From the NCBI GenBank assembly GCA_002633005.1, contig NMRA01000013.1, positions 1,427,944-1,491,943 on the forward strand: a stretch of 64,000 bases of DNA. Direction: 5' to 3'. The notes beneath the pieces are model-generated. The model had not been told where the DNA came from. It did not search any database and saw only the letters and a list, made by a program, of their open reading frames with translations. The stretch's first letter is position 1; every line of letters starts with the position of its first letter. Below, in pieces: positions 61,054 through 64,000 of this stretch. Both the position numbers and the translations under genes were made by a program. The DNA is from Phoronis australis (lineage: Eukaryota; Animalia; Phoronida).

Positions 61054-62392
61054 TGCTGGAGTGCAGTGACAAGACGTCCAGTTACCTTAGTATATCACAG
61101 ATGGTCATCAACATTGGCTGTTAAAAACTAACAGTTTGTTGACGTTTAAGCCCCGCATGAAGCCAAAGTTTCCTTCGAGTAGACTGGACGGTTTACTAAC
61201 ACTATGCGGATTGTTGTAAAAAGAGTAGTTCTCTGTAAATTTTTAATTTAGCCGATGAAGCACTAATCATGGACTCAGACTTACAAAAATACATTAAATA
61301 TTAACTATCTGGCAGAATAGATGAATTGATGATCTAAAATGTCTTTTATTTTACTACTTAATCATCACGTGTAGGAATATAAATGTTTCAAAGTAGTTCA
61401 ACCCAGTTTTCTAATTTGCTATTGGACAAACTGGTAGATTTAACGCAACCCTGTCATAATTCCTTGTTTATTCTATTTTAATAGAAAAAGCGTTCAAATG
61501 AAGCTTAATATATAATAAAATACATAAAAAGATCTAAAACATCAAATTTATGATAAGTTATCGAAAATGTAATTTATCATTAGTGCTAAAACACAATATT
61601 TGAAAATGCAATAGGGTGAGCAAAGGTTATGACCTCTCTCGTCTTCATCCAATCAAAATAAACATACTGAACACTAGCGGAAGTTTTAAAATGGCGTTGA
61701 ATCCCAGACGAAAAGAAAATATGAGGTATATATTTCCATTTTGTTGATTTTCCCCGCAACATCACCATGGAACTTCAACACAGTTAACGCTTTCAATGTC
61801 CCGCATTCGAAATTTCTCACCAGCTTATTTAAATTATTTGTATTACTGAAAACACTTCAAAAATAGGCACTGGTCAAACAACAGTCTCTGATTTTTGTCA
61901 TTTCGAGAACCACGCAATCACTGAATAACGAGCCCGTTTAGTGGATGAAACTGGTTCTCAAAATCAGGGATCGCTATATCCGACCAGTGCCGCCCCAGTA
62001 CAGTGGAGTGATGGAAGCTTTTTGGCAAATTATGCCTCATTCTGATTAAAACATCAATGTCACGTTGTAAGTACACACCAGTGACCTAGGTCTAGGTAAA
62101 GTTTAGGCAATGCCCATCGCCTTTCTTGGCCCGAACCAGAGGCGATGCAGCTCCTATAGGCACTCTGTACGCCGGAAGCTTTTCGGCGAATTATGCCTCG
62201 CACCGACTAAACCATCAAAGTCACGTTGTTTCGTCGTTGTTATAAATACCTTTTGCGCATAGAGGAACACGGTAATAGTCGGATAAATTGGTCCCATATC
62301 AAATTCTGTCAGGAACACTTAAAAAATAAAATGAAGTGTCGTAATATACAATTGCCCACTCTCATGGATCACGCGCGCCACTCCACTCTCAC

Positions 62393-62700
62393 CTTTTCGT
62401 GAAATCTACAACATTTGAGAAGATACGCTACAAATTATGTTCGCCTCCCGAGCATTTTTCCTCAATCCAAGATGTCCGCCAATGAACTCACGTTCGCGAG
62501 AGGACAGGCGTTGTTCTCGCGACCGGGGTCACGTTCGCGAGAGAACATGTGTTGTCTTCTCGCAAACGCAAATTAACTAACGTTCGCAAGAGGCCAAAAA
62601 TGAACCCAATGAGAAAACGCAAAACTCCAACTTGGTTAAAAGAGATTTTTAAAAAAGGTTTTGTCGTTTCACCCGCTGACGACGTCATACCCCACTATGC
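62393..62700 (-). promoter_or_regulatory. Candidate non-coding first exon and promoter of KDM5
   Basis: Donor-like AAAG|GTGAGA at 62393/62392; locally CpG-rich; TCGCGA at 62494, 62517 and 62535; GACGTCA CRE-like site at ~62681. Confidence 0.4.
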
Positions 62701-64000
62701 CAGGGTAGCATAAATAATGACTCCGTGAAAAAATGACCCGAATTCCGGCGGATACGGATTGGGGGAATATAGCTATAGGTGTGGGTGCATTTGCGGGGGG
62801 TGGGGTTGGATTCAAAAGGGAAGTTAAAACGTTTTGTCGTACGTTTCGCACGCTAATTACGTCATATCCATAACTATCAATCGAGTGTGGCCACAGCGCC
62901 GGAAATATCGGTGGTCGTGCAATAAGCGGATACGGAGATTGGGGGAGCTATGTANCGGATACGGAGATTGGGGAGCTATGTAGTGGGGAGTGGGTGTGTG
63001 GGGAGGGGTGGGGATGTGAGGGGGTTGCGACTCATCTAATGTCGTTTTGTCATTTTGCCCACTGGGGACAAATATTGTCTTCTCACGAACGCAAACTAAT
63101 TCAAGTTCGCGAGAGAACAAATATTGTCTTCTCCCGAACGCAAAGTTCTTGCGAACGCGAATGAATTAACATTCGCGAAACAACAAAAATATCCTAATAA
63201 AAATACAAAACTTCCACTTCTAGTAGTTTAAAAGTCACTAAGCTTGTTATGGCTCGTGAATGGTCGTGCAATAACCGGATATGGAGGATTGGGACGTATC
63301 GAGTGGGGGGATATAGTTAGGGGGGGAGGGAGGATTGAGCCGACATTAGTGATCCGACACCTACAGAGCACTGCCGATTGGTGAAGACGGTGCGAGCAGT
63401 GGCGCCGACGTCAAAAAACGACGTTGCGCCAATTTAATTCCGTAAGTACACATCGGTTATCGTTTTCCAACATCACAGAGTTTTCAGCCACCTGTTCGCC
63501 GCCGCACCTGTTCTATAGATAGACGAAACACATGCAATCACAGTCGTATCATGATAAACACAGTACATATATTCAACCAGAAAATGATGTTGACAGTATA
63601 TATAGAGTACACGTGTCCTCTTTTACAGTTTAATTTTGCCATGTTGTCAGAAATGCATGGTAGGGCTTCTGAAACGAAAAAAGAAATCATAAAAAAGAAA
63701 GCCAGTATATATGAGTGGCACAAAAAATATTTTATAGACAGGCTTAACTGAATATGCAAATTCCGAGCAACCGCCATGTAGTGCATAGGAGGATTTAGGG
63801 GGAGTGGGGGCCTTCCCCCACCCCACCCCTGGCTGCGAAAGCAAAATTAAACTGTCACAGCGCGAAGCGTGAGGAAATATTGACTTCAGTAACCAGGACC
63901 GGGAGCGGATTTGGGGGGTTGGCGGAATCGTGTTCCCGTTTTTTAATTTCTTTAGTCCACCGATGGAGTTTCCGAACAGAAGGTCCACATCCCCGGCCTG

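Noticed and set aside
62927-62983. Short direct repeat CGGATACGGAGATTGGGG(G)AGCTATGTA
   Set aside because: Straddles N62955; contig-end overlap artefact

Overview
Intron-rich animal genomic DNA, probably an invertebrate bilaterian (lophotrochozoan-like by protein and repeat style; the taxon cannot be fixed from sequence alone). It comes from a heterozygous draft assembly with single-N contig joins. Three spliced genes were rebuilt by hand with GT-AG boundaries and consistent reading phase. (1) THOC7 on the minus strand: exons 1-4 at 14705-222, continuing past the left edge, and almost invisible in the ORF track. (2) An ataxin-7 family gene (ATXN7/Sgf73, SAGA DUB module) on the plus strand: 11 coding exons at 14985-25467, about 819 aa, no polyQ, probable ~5.5 kb 3' UTR. 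(3) KDM5/JARID1/lid H3K4 demethylase on the minus strand: 31 coding exons at 61053-33309, with one JmjC exon cut by an assembly gap. THOC7 and ATXN7 are head-to-head with 279 bp between their start codons, the same arrangement as in human; ATXN7 and KDM5 converge tail-to-tail. Introns and UTRs hold a decayed L1/Tx1 LINE, several MITE and foldback families, a tRNA-derived SINE and a minisatellite. Four apparent tandem duplications flank N joins and are best read as uncollapsed haplotypes; two of them expose transposon presence/absence differences. I found no convincing new biological system. The strongest leads are the conserved THOC7-ATXN7 divergent pair, the hairpin-rich non-coding regions and the polymorphic MITEs.
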